Position numbers and translations under genes: made by a program. A DNA stretch of 64,000 bases, from assembly GCA_965217185.1 (NCBI GenBank), contig OZ244252.1:3904001-3968000 (forward strand), written 5' to 3'. The stretch is from an uncultured Candidatus Entotheonella sp. (lineage in GTDB: Bacteria; Tectomicrobia; Entotheonellia; Entotheonellales; Entotheonellaceae). The notes below the pieces were generated by a model. The model did not search any database and was not told the origin of the DNA. It was given only the letters and a program-made list of their open reading frames with translations. Of this stretch, positions 19,370 to 29,072 are shown in pieces. The first letter of the stretch is position 1, and every line of letters starts with the position of its first letter.

Positions 19370-20521
19370 GGGCACCTCGAAAAATGCCTCACGGATGGTC
19401 AAAGATGACAGGATTGGCCATTCGCACCGTTTCGGTGGGAAAATAAACTCGGCTTTCCGGGGCATTTCGTCTCCCGGCAACGGGGATTTGCCTGTCAAAG
19501 AGGACATCCGGTACACCCCTCGCACCGCTTACGCTCAACCCACCGTCCCAAGACGCTGCAACCCAACCAGGCGCCGCATGTTGTAGGCGAGATTCTTGAG
19601 CCCGATGCGCGCCGTCGCCCGTACAAGCCCGATGCTGCGAACCAACGTCCCGCCCATGTCGTTGTGCTGTGCCCCGAAGACATGCTCTACCCGGACCCGA
19701 AACCGTGAACGACTTCTGTTGCCGGCCTTCTCCCAATCACGCAATGGACGGTTACGACAAGCCTTGCGATGGATCCGACTCGTCAAACCCTTTCCCTTGA
19801 TCTTCTCCTCAATGTCTTTCGACCGGTAGGCGCTGTCCGCCCACACACCGCTTGCCGTGCTTTTTCGTCCACCGCGCATCCGTGTCTTTCTGACGGCGCC
19901 GGGCCGCCTCGTCCGCCCACTCCCTGGGCGTCTCGCCTTGCTTGATCCGGGCGTTGTCAGCACGGCTGTTGCGCTGTTTGGGAACCGCAACAATCGACGC
20001 ATCAATGATCTGGCCGCCCATCGCCCGGTAGCCTTGGGTTTTCAGATAGCCGTCAAAGTCATTGAACAAGGCGTCGATCACACCAGCCTGTGACAACTCT
20101 TCCCGGTACAGCCACACGGTCTTGGCGTCGGGCACTTTGTCTTCAAGGGTCAGACCCAGGAAACGCACAAAGGACAGGCGGTCGCGCATCTGATATTCCA
20201 CCTGATCGTCCGACAGATTGTAGAGGGCGCACAGAACGATGGCTTTGAACATGACGATGGCGTCCCAGGGTTTGCACCCCGCATTGGACTTACGCTTGTC
20301 GGCTGGCTTGCGCCAGACTTTCTCCAGGCGGCTGCGGAACGCTTCCCATGGAACGACGGTATTGATCTTCGCCAAGGGGTCATTCTTGGCATCCAGAGCG
20401 GCGTAACGCTTCTCGACATCGAAAAAGCCCATCTGAGCCATGTTCAACTCCTCCGGCCTTTTGGTTAACGTGTTTGAGTGATTCTAAACCAAGTGGGAGA
20501 CGAGTATTATTAGAGATGCCC
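19370..20521 (-). mobile_element. IS5-family element with internally deleted transposase
   Basis: Imperfect 16-bp TIR GGGCACCTCGAAAAAT / GGGCATCTCTAATAAT; 4-bp TSD TTTA (19366-19369, 20522-20525). Confidence 0.88.
19535..20441 (-). pseudogene. IS5-family transposase with deletion-frameshift at ~19855
   Basis: DRLSF, IIDASIV and RWTKKHGK joined out of frame to GVWADSAY..RVRVEHVF; the GYK-H segment is missing. Confidence 0.85.
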
Positions 20522-21850
20522 TTTAGCGCACCAACCTGGCGCAAAGCCCAACGCCTGCTCGTCGGAACCCTGTTGGCCCGCGGACGACGCACCGTCACCG
20601 CCGCCCTGCGACACACGGGGCAGGGCGATACCCCGTCGTTCAGTCTCTACCATCAGGTATTCAATCGTGCTCGCTGGTCCGCTCTCAAAGGCAGTCGCTG
20701 TCTGCTGTCCATGCTGGTGCAGACCTTCGATGCCGCTGGCGGCAGCCTCACGTTCGTCAATGACGAAACGTTGGAGCGACGCTGGGGCCGACGTATCAGC
20801 AAGCGCGGTCATTACCGCGACCCGCTGGCTTCCAGCCGCAAGCGCACCGTCAGCACCAGTGGCCTTCGCTGGATCGTGCTGACCCTGGTTGTCACGCCAC
20901 CCTGGAATAGCCGTTGCTGGGCCTTGCCCATCTTGAGCGTGCCGGCGCCAACGCCACAAGTCAGTGAGCGCCTGGGGCTGAGACACAAGACCGTCGCCCA
21001 GTGGGCACGCCAGATGATTCGGGTGGTACGCCGTTGGTTGCCGCAAGTCGCCATCACCGTGCTTGGGGATCAATCCTATAGTGTCGTCGAACTCGGGCAT
21101 GCCTGCCGGCAGTGTGAGGTGCGCCTGATTGCCCCCTTGCGCCTCGATGCGGTTCTCCATGAAGCGCCGCCGCCTCGCCAGCCGGGCACACGGGGGCGAC
21201 CCCGTCGCAAGGGCAAGCGATTACCCAGCTTGGTCGAGCGCCTGCGCGATGCGGCAACCCCTTGGCAGTCTCTGCGTGTGCGCTGGTACGATGGCCGCGT
21301 GCGACGCTTGCAAATCAGTAGCGGGACTGCCCTGTGGTACCGCAGCGGCCAGCCAGTGCTGCCGCTCCGGTGGGTCCTGGTACGTCCCTGTGACGCTCAG
21401 CACCCGCCACGGGCCTTCTTCTCGACGTGTCCCGGTGACCGGGCAGGCGATGTCGTGGCGTGTTTCATCAAGCGCTGGAGCATTGAGACGACCTTCGAAG
21501 AGAGCCGTGCCCACTTGGGCTTTGAGACCCAGCGTCAGTGGTCTGACTTGGCGATTGAACGGACCACGCCGTGTCTGCTGAGCTTGTATTCGCTGGTGGC
21601 GCTGCTGGCTCATGGCCTGTATCTGGACGGTCGCTTGGCGGTGCGACAGAGTGCTTGGTATGCCAAGGAGCAGGCGACGTTCAGCGACGCTTTGGCAGCG
21701 GTACGGCAGCACCTGTGGAAGGTCGAGTATTTTTCAACATCAACGCCCGATACCGAGTGGGTAGAAATCCCTCGGGTCTATCTGCAGGGCTTGATGCAAT
21801 CGGCCTGTTACACGCACTGACTTGACCAAATTCGTACAAAGTCGAGCTAA

Positions 21851-23369
21851 GAACCGTGCTTGCGACTTTTACCGCACACGGCTCAAGCAAGCCAATTAAG
21901 CCTTCACAAGGCCCTTGATTCACAGTCTCGGATGACGCACCAGATTTTGGTGTCCTGGTTCTGTTTGCTCCGGTTTCCCGTGCATCCAACATCTGCCAAG
22001 GATTTGCCATCGTTGCCGTGTTTCAAGGCCGGCTCACCAGTTGCACGTCAGCACCCTTTCGGGTTGGGTATAGGCCCTATCCAGCCGGTTATGTATTCCC
22101 GTTGCCTTTCGGCGGCTGGCCTTCGCTTCTTGCAACCTCCTACTCCCGCTAGGGGGTTGGCCCTTCCTGTCGGGTAAGGAGGTGCCATTGCTGGCGCCCC
22201 CTCCCCTAAGAACCGTGCGGGCGGCTTTCACCGCACACGGCTCAAGCAAACCGGTTACACCTTCTCCTTGCCGTGAGGCCCTATAGATTCGCTGCCTCAG
22301 ATTACGCACCAGCTTCTGGTTGCGACACCAGTTGATGTCGTGCCATGAAGCTGGCGTCTTGGCTCTGTTTACAGCAGTTTCCTGTTGCATCTAACATCCG
22401 CCAAGATAAGTAATCGTTGCGGCGGTCTATGGCCGGTTCACCAGTTGCACGTCAGCACCCTTTCGGGTTGAGCATGAGCCCTATCCAGCAGGTTATGAGT
22501 TCCCCTTGCCTTTCGGCGGCTGGCATTCGCTTCTTGTAACCTCCTGTGCCCGCTGAGGAGTTGACCTTTCCTTACGGTCGGGCTGCTGGTTCAAAGACCA
22601 GACCTCAACGGGGTTGTCCTGTTTCGCATTGTTGAGATACGGGCGACTTAGGCGCCTTCTATACGCCGGGGCCTGTGGTGTGCGTGCATGGAAACCGCAA
22701 TTTCCATTTTCACTGATGACCCATAACTGCCGTATCAACCACTTTTCGGCAGCCTAACCTGACGACGCTTTCACAAAGGTTCACTTTCGTTCGCCATATC
22801 GCCCTTCGCCTTGCCCTGGGTCTGGCAGTGGTTGCCTTACCATTAGGCTTTTTTTCTCAGCTTCACACCCCGCCGTTACCAGCGACGCATGTGGAACCGG
22901 CAATTGGCTTACACACTAGCCAAGATTCCCTCTCAGGAATCACTCAAAAGATGCGACTTCAGGTCGCACCGCGGTCGGGTTACTGGCTTGTAAGGCCAGA
23001 CCCCATCGGGGTTATCCTGTTCCGCGTTCGTGAGATGCGGGCAGCTTAGGTGCCTCCTCTACACCGGGGCAGGTCAGGTGGTGTGCGCGTGGGAGTTCGC
23101 TAATACTCCCTTTCACATGTTGCCCTCACTGTCGTGTCAGTCATAGATTTTGACAGCCTCTCATAACGATGCTTACGGAGATTCACTTTCGTTCACCATA
23201 CTGCTCTTTGCCTCGCCCTGAGCTCGGCTATGACTGCCTTACTCATTAGGCTTTGATCCAGCTTCACACCCCGCCGTTACCAGCGACGCATGTGGAACCG
23301 GCAACCGGCTTGCACACTAACCAGGATTCCGTATTGGAATCACTCACAGAACTCGACTTCAGTTCGCAC
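21851..23369 (-). ncRNA. Outer group II intron (IIB/CL-like, ORF-less), interrupted by inner intron and truncated after domain V
   Basis: 5' GUGCG at 23369; domain V GAGCCGUGUGCGGUAAAAGUCGCAAGCACGGUUC at 21884-21851; colinear homology with the inner intron; EBS1 UAGCGA vs exon CCGCUA. Confidence 0.85.
22169..22969 (-). ncRNA. Inner group II intron (801 nt, ORF-less apart from a short RT relic), apparently complete ribozyme
   Basis: 5' GUGCG at 22969; domain V 22243-22210; domain VI ending CCUUACCCGAC at 22169; RT relic WHDINW..VRNLRQRIYRAS from 22390. Confidence 0.9.
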
Positions 23370-23596
23370 TAGCGGCTGAGATTACGAAACGTGGCGTGGC
23401 CGGGAAGCATCAGCACAAGCCCCAGCAGATGGGTAATGAACTTTCGTTGCGGTTTCTTGGTTTGGGGCAAGGTCGCAAGTACACTCTGAAGCAGTCGCAC
23501 GGAGCACCTCCATTCTTGGTTGCGTTGGCTAACACAACTCTAGAATCTGGAGGGCTCGTGCGGCTACCTCTTTGTCAAAACTGTCCGAAGTATTGC
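23370..23596 (-). mobile_element. Left end and first 43 codons of a second IS701-like element, host of the outer intron
   Basis: End sequence CAATACTTCGGACAG; RBS GGAGGT; GTG 23500 reads MRLLQSVLATLPQTKKPQRKFITHLLGL..TFRNLSR(Y) up to the intron. Confidence 0.65.
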
Positions 23597-23687
23597 TTTA
23601 GGAGTCCTTACGTTACCCATTCCGTAGGAGAGTCGGGACATGGTAAATCTTATAATCAGCCGCCTGTCGAGCACGCTCTGCTTCCTG

Positions 23688-24794
23688 TCAGGGGCTGTGT
23701 TTCGAGGTCGAATGCAGGCGATAGACGTACAGGTTTGAAATCAGGAAGTTGACGATGCCGCCGAGGCCGACACCGCAACAGAACGCCAGCAGCCGGTGAC
23801 GGGCGAAGATGTCGACGTAACTCGTCAAGACCGTGTAGACGCCGACGTTGGCGCCGAGCCCGAGAAGACTGCTGAGCACGAACTTCGCCCATTGCCGTGC
23901 GCGCGGCTGCCCCTGCCGCTCGCTGAAGGTCATGCCGCGATTGAGCCACCAGTTCCAACTGGCCGACGGCCAGAAGGACAGGAACCGCGCCATGCGATGC
24001 TCGAAGCCCACCCCCTACAGGCAGAGGTAGCAATCGACGTCGATCAGGAAGCCGCTGGCACCCACCAGACCAAAGCACGACAGTCGTGCCAAACTCCCGA
24101 ATTTATAGAGGTATAGACGATAGAGGTGGCAAACGAAGTTGACTTGCTGTCGCCAGTTCATCTTGCTCGCCCCCAGGGTCCGGTCGCAGAAGTCGATAGG
24201 GACTTCCTTGACGCGCAACCGCCCGCGCACCATGAGTTCGAGGGCAATCTTGTAGCCGATGGGCCGCAACGTCTGAGGCTCCGGCAGTACGCGGCGGTCG
24301 GTAGCGAAAAACCCGGACATGGGATCGGAGCAATTGACGAGTGGGCGCGCCAAGACTGTCGCCAGGCGAGAATTCAGAAAGCGCCACGGACTCCAGGCCC
24401 GGTCAACGAAACCGCCCGGCGCGTAACGGCTGCCGATAACCAGGTCGCAATCGGTGTCCAGTGCGCTGAGCAGGTCGGGGATGCGATCGGGCGGGTGCGA
24501 CAAGTCGGCGTCCATCACCACCAGCCGGTCGAAACGAGCGAGCCGGATGCCTTCGATCACGGCGAGCGACAGGTCCCGCGGCCGGTCGCGGCGCACTTCC
24601 ATGCGCACCGGCAGACGCCTTGCCAACTCTGCAACGACGGCTTGGCTGCCGTCGTCCGAGTCGTCGTCCACCAGGAGCAGTTCCCACTCGATGCCGCTGC
24701 CGGACAAAGCAGCGTTTATGCGCTCGACGAGGGGCGAAATGTTCGCCGCCTCGCGAAACGTCGGCACCACGATGGATACGGGCTGCGTCATCAC
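23688..24794 (-). pseudogene. GT2 polyprenol-phosphate glycosyltransferase fused to a GtrA domain; in-frame TAG at 24015-24017
   Basis: VVPTFRE, VDDDS.DG, MDADLSH, IGSRY, DPMSGFF; the GtrA part continues in the same frame after the stop. Confidence 0.82.
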
Positions 24795-24856
24795 TCAACA
24801 AGTCCGATGGTGCGTGTTTGCCACAAAGCTACGTCAAGATAGCTGTCTCTGGCATA

Positions 24857-25747
24857 TCAACCATCCCTTCCTGAACAGCCCGGCCTGCGGCTGGCGGCAA
24901 GGCGTTGCAGGCCGCTCAGGACCGCGCCGGGCACGGAGTATCCGGGAGCGAATTCGCCGAGGGTGGGGCCGGCGGGGCGGCCGTGGTAGTCGGAGCCGCC
25001 GGTGGCAACGAGGCGGTGGCGCTCGGCAGCAGCCTCGAAGAACGGAATGGTGCCCGGGTAGTGGGCGCGGTGGTAGACCTCAAGACCGGCGAGGCCGAGG
25101 GATTTGGCATCAGCCAGCAAGGGATACAGTACGTTGGGGTCGTTACTGAGGACGCCGGGGTGGGCCAGGGAGCAGACCCCGCCCGCATCCGCAATCAGCC
25201 GCAATCCTTCTTCCAAAGACAGCAGCGGTTTGGGGGCGTTACAAGGAATGAGAAAATCGCGGAAGGCTTCCTGGTGGCCCTTGCAGTAACCTTGGTCAAC
25301 CAGTGCTTGCGCAAGGTGGGGACGGGTCAGAACCCCGGAGGCGTACTGCTGCACGAGCTCGCCGTCCAGGGGGGCACGGCCGAGATCGCTGAGCTTGCGG
25401 TTGACGCGCTGCAGGATCTCCAGGCCGCGCTGCGTGCGGCCCTTTTTCAGACGCGCCAGGCAGACGTTCAGGGCGGCGTCTCCCGAGTCGAAAAAGTAGC
25501 CCAACAGATGGATGTCGTCGAAGTCCCCATGCTGCACACTGAGTTCGATGCCCGTCAGCACCTCGACTCCGCGAGCCGCACCGGCCATGCGCGCCTCGGG
25601 CAGGGCCGTCAGCGTGTCGTGATCGGTGACCGCCAAGCGCCGCACCCCGTGCCGGGCGGCCTTGACGACCAGTTCGGCGGGCGTATCCAGGCCATCGGAA
25701 TGGTTCGTATGGGTGTGCAAATCCACCCCACTCGACGGTGTGGGCAT
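24857..25747 (-). CDS. PHP-domain phosphoesterase (TrpH/YciV-like)
   Basis: DLHTHT.HSDG, AVTDHD, GIELS, HLLGY, LAHP, GGSDYHG. Confidence 0.9.
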   Translation of the reverse strand: MPTPSSGVDLHTHTNHSDGLDTPAELVVKAARHGVRRLAVTDHDTLTALPEARMAGAARGVEVLTGIELSVQHGDFDDIHLLGYFFDSGDAALNVCLARLKKGRTQRGLEILQRVNRKLSDLGRAPLDGELVQQYASGVLTRPHLAQALVDQGYCKGHQEAFRDFLIPCNAPKPLLSLEEGLRLIADAGGVCSLAHPGVLSNDPNVLYPLLADAKSLGLAGLEVYHRAHYPGTIPFFEAAAERHRLVATGGSDYHGRPAGPTLGEFAPGYSVPGAVLSGLQRLAASRRPGCSGRDG

Positions 25748-25987
25748 CACGGTTCTCCTTTGCTGCCAAAACGGGCCTTCAGGGGGCACCAAAACACCCG
25801 ATTCCCCGACAAAACAGCGCAGCAACCTACCCCACCCACCGCGCCAACTCAAGCCAAATCGCCGCCAAGCGCCCGTTCCCTGCCCGCCTGCTACGTAGAC
25901 AAGCCACCAAGCCTATGCTAAGGTTTCCGCCACTCATTCCAACCCGCATATTGCCAGTCGGACCACCTACAGGAGGGTCAGCACGCT

Positions 25988-26434
25988 ATGCGCCGACGAA
26001 GATCGCGTGAGGCGGGCTTTACGCTGATCGAGTTGATGATCGTGATCGTCATCCTGGGTCTCCTCGCCGCCATCGTCATGCCGCGCATCGTGGGCGAAAC
26101 CGACAAAGCCCGCTACGGCACCGCCCGCGCCCAGATGCGGGTGCTCGAGGACGCCCTCAAACGCTACAAGCTCGACAGCGGCGTGTTTCCCACCATCGAG
26201 CAAGGCCTTGACGCCCTGGTCATGCGGCCGTCCGCCGGCAACGTCCCTGGGCAGTGGCCCGAAGGCGGTTACCTCGATAAGCAGGAAATTCCTCTCGACC
26301 CCTGGGGCAACCCATACATTTACATATCACCCGGTGTGTACAGCCCGGATTTCGATCTCATATCATTGGCCGCCGACGGCCTCGAAGGCGGTGAGGGTTT
26401 TGATGCCGACATTGAGAGCTGGCGCACGCAGTGA
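25988..26434 (+). CDS. gspG: Type II secretion major pseudopilin GspG
   Basis: GFTLIELM prepilin motif; QGLDAL; DPWGNPY.Y.SPG. Confidence 0.93.
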   Translation: MRRRRSREAGFTLIELMIVIVILGLLAAIVMPRIVGETDKARYGTARAQMRVLEDALKRYKLDSGVFPTIEQGLDALVMRPSAGNVPGQWPEGGYLDKQEIPLDPWGNPYIYISPGVYSPDFDLISLAADGLEGGEGFDADIESWRTQ

Positions 26435-26978
26435 GCGGAGCCTGCCCCCGACTGGATCGGGGGGCTTCACCCTGATCGAGTTGACCATGGTGATCCTCGT
26501 CATCGGCATCGTCGGCGCGCTGGTCCTGCCGCGCTTCGGCGGCCTGCTCGACCGCCAGCAGTTGCGCCGCACCGTCAACGTCGTGCGCGGCATGGTGCGG
26601 CAACTGCACGCCAAAGCTGCCCTCACCAAGCGGGTATACCGCCTCACCTTCGACCTCGACGAACAGCAACTGACCGTCTGCCATCTGCAGAGCCTGTCCC
26701 CGACCGCATTGGAAGACGAGGCGTGCGTGGCGGAATCCTCCCGCGAAATGCGCGGCTACGCCATGCCGGACGCGGTGCAACTCCTCGACGTCGTTTCATC
26801 CGAGGGCAAAAAAGTCCGCGAAGGCACGGCCGCGACGCACTTCCACCCCACCGGTCAGGCCGAGCCGAGCGTCGTTCACCTGCAAACCCCCGACGAGACG
26901 CACGTCACCCTGTTCATCGAGGCGCTGGCCGGGCGCGTGAAGGTCGTGTATGGCTACGTGGAACGCGACAAGGGCTGA
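26403..26978 (+). CDS. gspH: Minor pseudopilin GspH
   Basis: GFTLIE motif; follows gspG; start 26403 inferred. Confidence 0.75.
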   Translation: MPTLRAGARSERSLPPTGSGGFTLIELTMVILVIGIVGALVLPRFGGLLDRQQLRRTVNVVRGMVRQLHAKAALTKRVYRLTFDLDEQQLTVCHLQSLSPTALEDEACVAESSREMRGYAMPDAVQLLDVVSSEGKKVREGTAATHFHPTGQAEPSVVHLQTPDETHVTLFIEALAGRVKVVYGYVERDKG

Positions 26979-27381
26979 CGCCTCCGGGCACGGCGCGGCG
27001 GGCTTCACGCTCCTGGAAGTCCTGGTCGCCGTGGCCATCGTCGGCGTCGCGCTGGTCATGCTGTTGCGGCTCCACCTGCTGTCGCTCGACGCCACCCTGG
27101 CAGCCCAGGACCTGACCACCGCGGTGCTGCTGGCCGAGGGCAAAATGGCCACTTTCATGGCCGAGTCGCCGGACGAGGGAAAGGATGAGGGGCAGTTCGA
27201 CGGGCCGAACCTGGAGCGTTTCCGCTGGACCACCTCGGTGGCCGAGTATGACATCGATCTCGGTGCTCAGAACGACGGCCGGGAGGGAGCCATCGGCATC
27301 CGGCACGTCACGGTGTCGGTGCACTGGCGCGACGGCAATCGCGACCGCTCGTACAGCCTGGAAACGTATGAATCGAAGTAA
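26950..27381 (+). CDS. gspI: Minor pseudopilin GspI
   Basis: GFTLLEVLVAVAI; VTVSVHW; operon position. Confidence 0.78.
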   Translation: MATWNATRADASGHGAAGFTLLEVLVAVAIVGVALVMLLRLHLLSLDATLAAQDLTTAVLLAEGKMATFMAESPDEGKDEGQFDGPNLERFRWTTSVAEYDIDLGAQNDGREGAIGIRHVTVSVHWRDGNRDRSYSLETYESK

Positions 27382-28027
27382 GCGCCACACCCATGGCGCG
27401 GGCCCCGCAGGGCCGGCGGGCTTCACGCTGATCGAGCTGCTGCTGGCGCTGTCGCTGTTCGTGATGATCGTCGGCGTGGTGTTCGCGGCCTTCTCCGGCG
27501 TCATGAAGGGGGTGGAGCAGGGCCGCCGCAGCCTGGACACCCATCGCCTCGGACGCACCGCCCTGCTGCGCATGGCCCAGGAAGTCCGCGCCGCTTTGCA
27601 CGACGACGCGTATGCCGGGTTTACGCACGGCGAGAACGCTCGCGAGGGCAACTACGCCCGCGACCGCCTGACGTTCGTCACCGTGCCCTACCGGCCAAGC
27701 GCAGCGCCCGGCAGCGACGTGTGCGAGATCGCCTACTACATTGGCGCCAATGCCCAGGGCACGGCCGCCCTGTACCGCGAGCAGGACTGCACGCCGGACG
27801 GCGAGCCGCTGAACGGCGACACGGTCGAGTTGACGGACGCTGCGGTCGGCCTGGACGTCACGTACTATGACCAAGAAGACGTCCACGACAAATGGCCCGA
27901 CCGCGCTGCGAACCGCATGCCCTGCCTCGTACGCCTGGCGCTGACGCTGCGTGACGAACAGGATACCGAACGCGCCTTCATCACCACCGTGTCGCTTCCC
28001 ATGAGCAAGGGATGCCGCGATGTTTAG
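27368..28027 (+). CDS. gspJ: Minor pseudopilin GspJ
   Basis: GFTLIELLLAL; operon position. Confidence 0.78.
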   Translation: MNRSKRHTHGAGPAGPAGFTLIELLLALSLFVMIVGVVFAAFSGVMKGVEQGRRSLDTHRLGRTALLRMAQEVRAALHDDAYAGFTHGENAREGNYARDRLTFVTVPYRPSAAPGSDVCEIAYYIGANAQGTAALYREQDCTPDGEPLNGDTVELTDAAVGLDVTYYDQEDVHDKWPDRAANRMPCLVRLALTLRDEQDTERAFITTVSLPMSKGCRDV

Positions 28028-29072
28028 GTGGCGCGACGAGCGCGGCGTCGCCCTGGTGCTGACGCTGATTATCGTCGCGCTGGTGTCGGTGCTGGTGCTC
28101 GAATACCATTTCGAGGCGGCCGTCGAGTTGGATCTGGCAGACAATTACGGCAGCGACGTTCAGGCGTACCACGTGGCCATGTCCGGCATGCGCCTGGCCC
28201 AGGAGTTGCTGAGCTACGATAGCAGGCAGTCGGACGGCCCGCAGGACACTTGGCATCGCATCGGGCTTATTCCGGCCTGCATGCCGCCGCAGACGATCCT
28301 GATGTTGGCGATGGCCGACATGGCGGCGGGTTCGCTCGGCACCGGGTTGGCCGGACCGGAAATGGTGCCGGACGCCGAGGCCGCGCCAGGGCCCGACAAG
28401 GGCTGCGTCAGCCTGAAGATCCAGGTCGAAGAGGAACGGCTGCCGATCAACGCGCTCATGCCGGTTGGCCTCCCGGACAATGCCAGCGAGGCGCTGGCCG
28501 AAGAGGCGACGCGCATGCTGGAGGATTGGGAAATCGTCTTCGGGACGTTGTTCATCCAACTGGAAATCGATTCCGGGCTCCTCGACGCCCTGGCGGGCTG
28601 GCTCGAAGACAACGGCCCGATGCGGGCCGTCCGCGAGCTCAGCCTGGTGCCGGGATTCGACCCCGACGCCATGAACAAGCTGGCCCCGTTTATAACGGCC
28701 TACGGGAGCCCCCGGCTCGACGCCGATAAACTGGAATACCCAAAAGTGAACGTCAATACCGCCGGGCGTCAGGTGCTGCACACGCTCATCGACGGCCTGG
28801 CGGACGGCGCGGGGGACGTCACGGGCTACGTGGACGACATCATGGTGCTGCGCCAGGACAACCTGCTTCAGGAGCGGCAATTCGAAAGCACGAGCGAGTT
28901 GCAGGGCTATCTGCCCGCCGACGTTCAGGCGGTGTTTGACAAGTTCGCCACGGTCAAAGGCACGTACTTCACGATTACCTCCGTCGCCCGGGTGGAGGAT
29001 ATCGAAAAAACGGTCGTCGCCGTTCTGAGATCCGGCGACGGCGACGAACCGATCTATTTCAAGGTAGAGTGA
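28020..29072 (+). CDS. gspK: Minor pseudopilin GspK
   Basis: ERGVALVLTL (no Glu+5), ELSLVPGF, KVNVNTA. Confidence 0.82.
   Translation: MFRWRDERGVALVLTLIIVALVSVLVLEYHFEAAVELDLADNYGSDVQAYHVAMSGMRLAQELLSYDSRQSDGPQDTWHRIGLIPACMPPQTILMLAMADMAAGSLGTGLAGPEMVPDAEAAPGPDKGCVSLKIQVEEERLPINALMPVGLPDNASEALAEEATRMLEDWEIVFGTLFIQLEIDSGLLDALAGWLEDNGPMRAVRELSLVPGFDPDAMNKLAPFITAYGSPRLDADKLEYPKVNVNTAGRQVLHTLIDGLADGAGDVTGYVDDIMVLRQDNLLQERQFESTSELQGYLPADVQAVFDKFATVKGTYFTITSVARVEDIEKTVVAVLRSGDGDEPIYFKVE

Larger units (their letters stand above)
19273..21820 (+). pseudogene. IS701-like DDE transposase split by IS5
   Basis: Removing 19370-20525 restores LLAPFQSLFSAPTWRKAQ..; DET, GDQSY and RWSIETTFEE motifs; exact start uncertain. 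Confidence 0.8.
19217..21847 (+). mobile_element. IS701-like insertion sequence, interrupted by IS5
   Basis: 14-bp perfect TIR GCTCGACTTTGTAC (19217) / GTACAAAGTCGAGC (ends 21847); TAA on both sides in a CTAAG context. Confidence 0.85.

Noticed and set aside
20474..21820. 448-aa ORF as an intact transposase
   Set aside because: Its first 16 or so codons come from the IS5 end; the true N-terminus lies before 19370.
22034..22390. 118-aa ORF as a functional intron reverse transcriptase
   Set aside because: Only about 42 N-terminal residues are RT-like; the rest is translated domain V/VI RNA, with no YADD motif.
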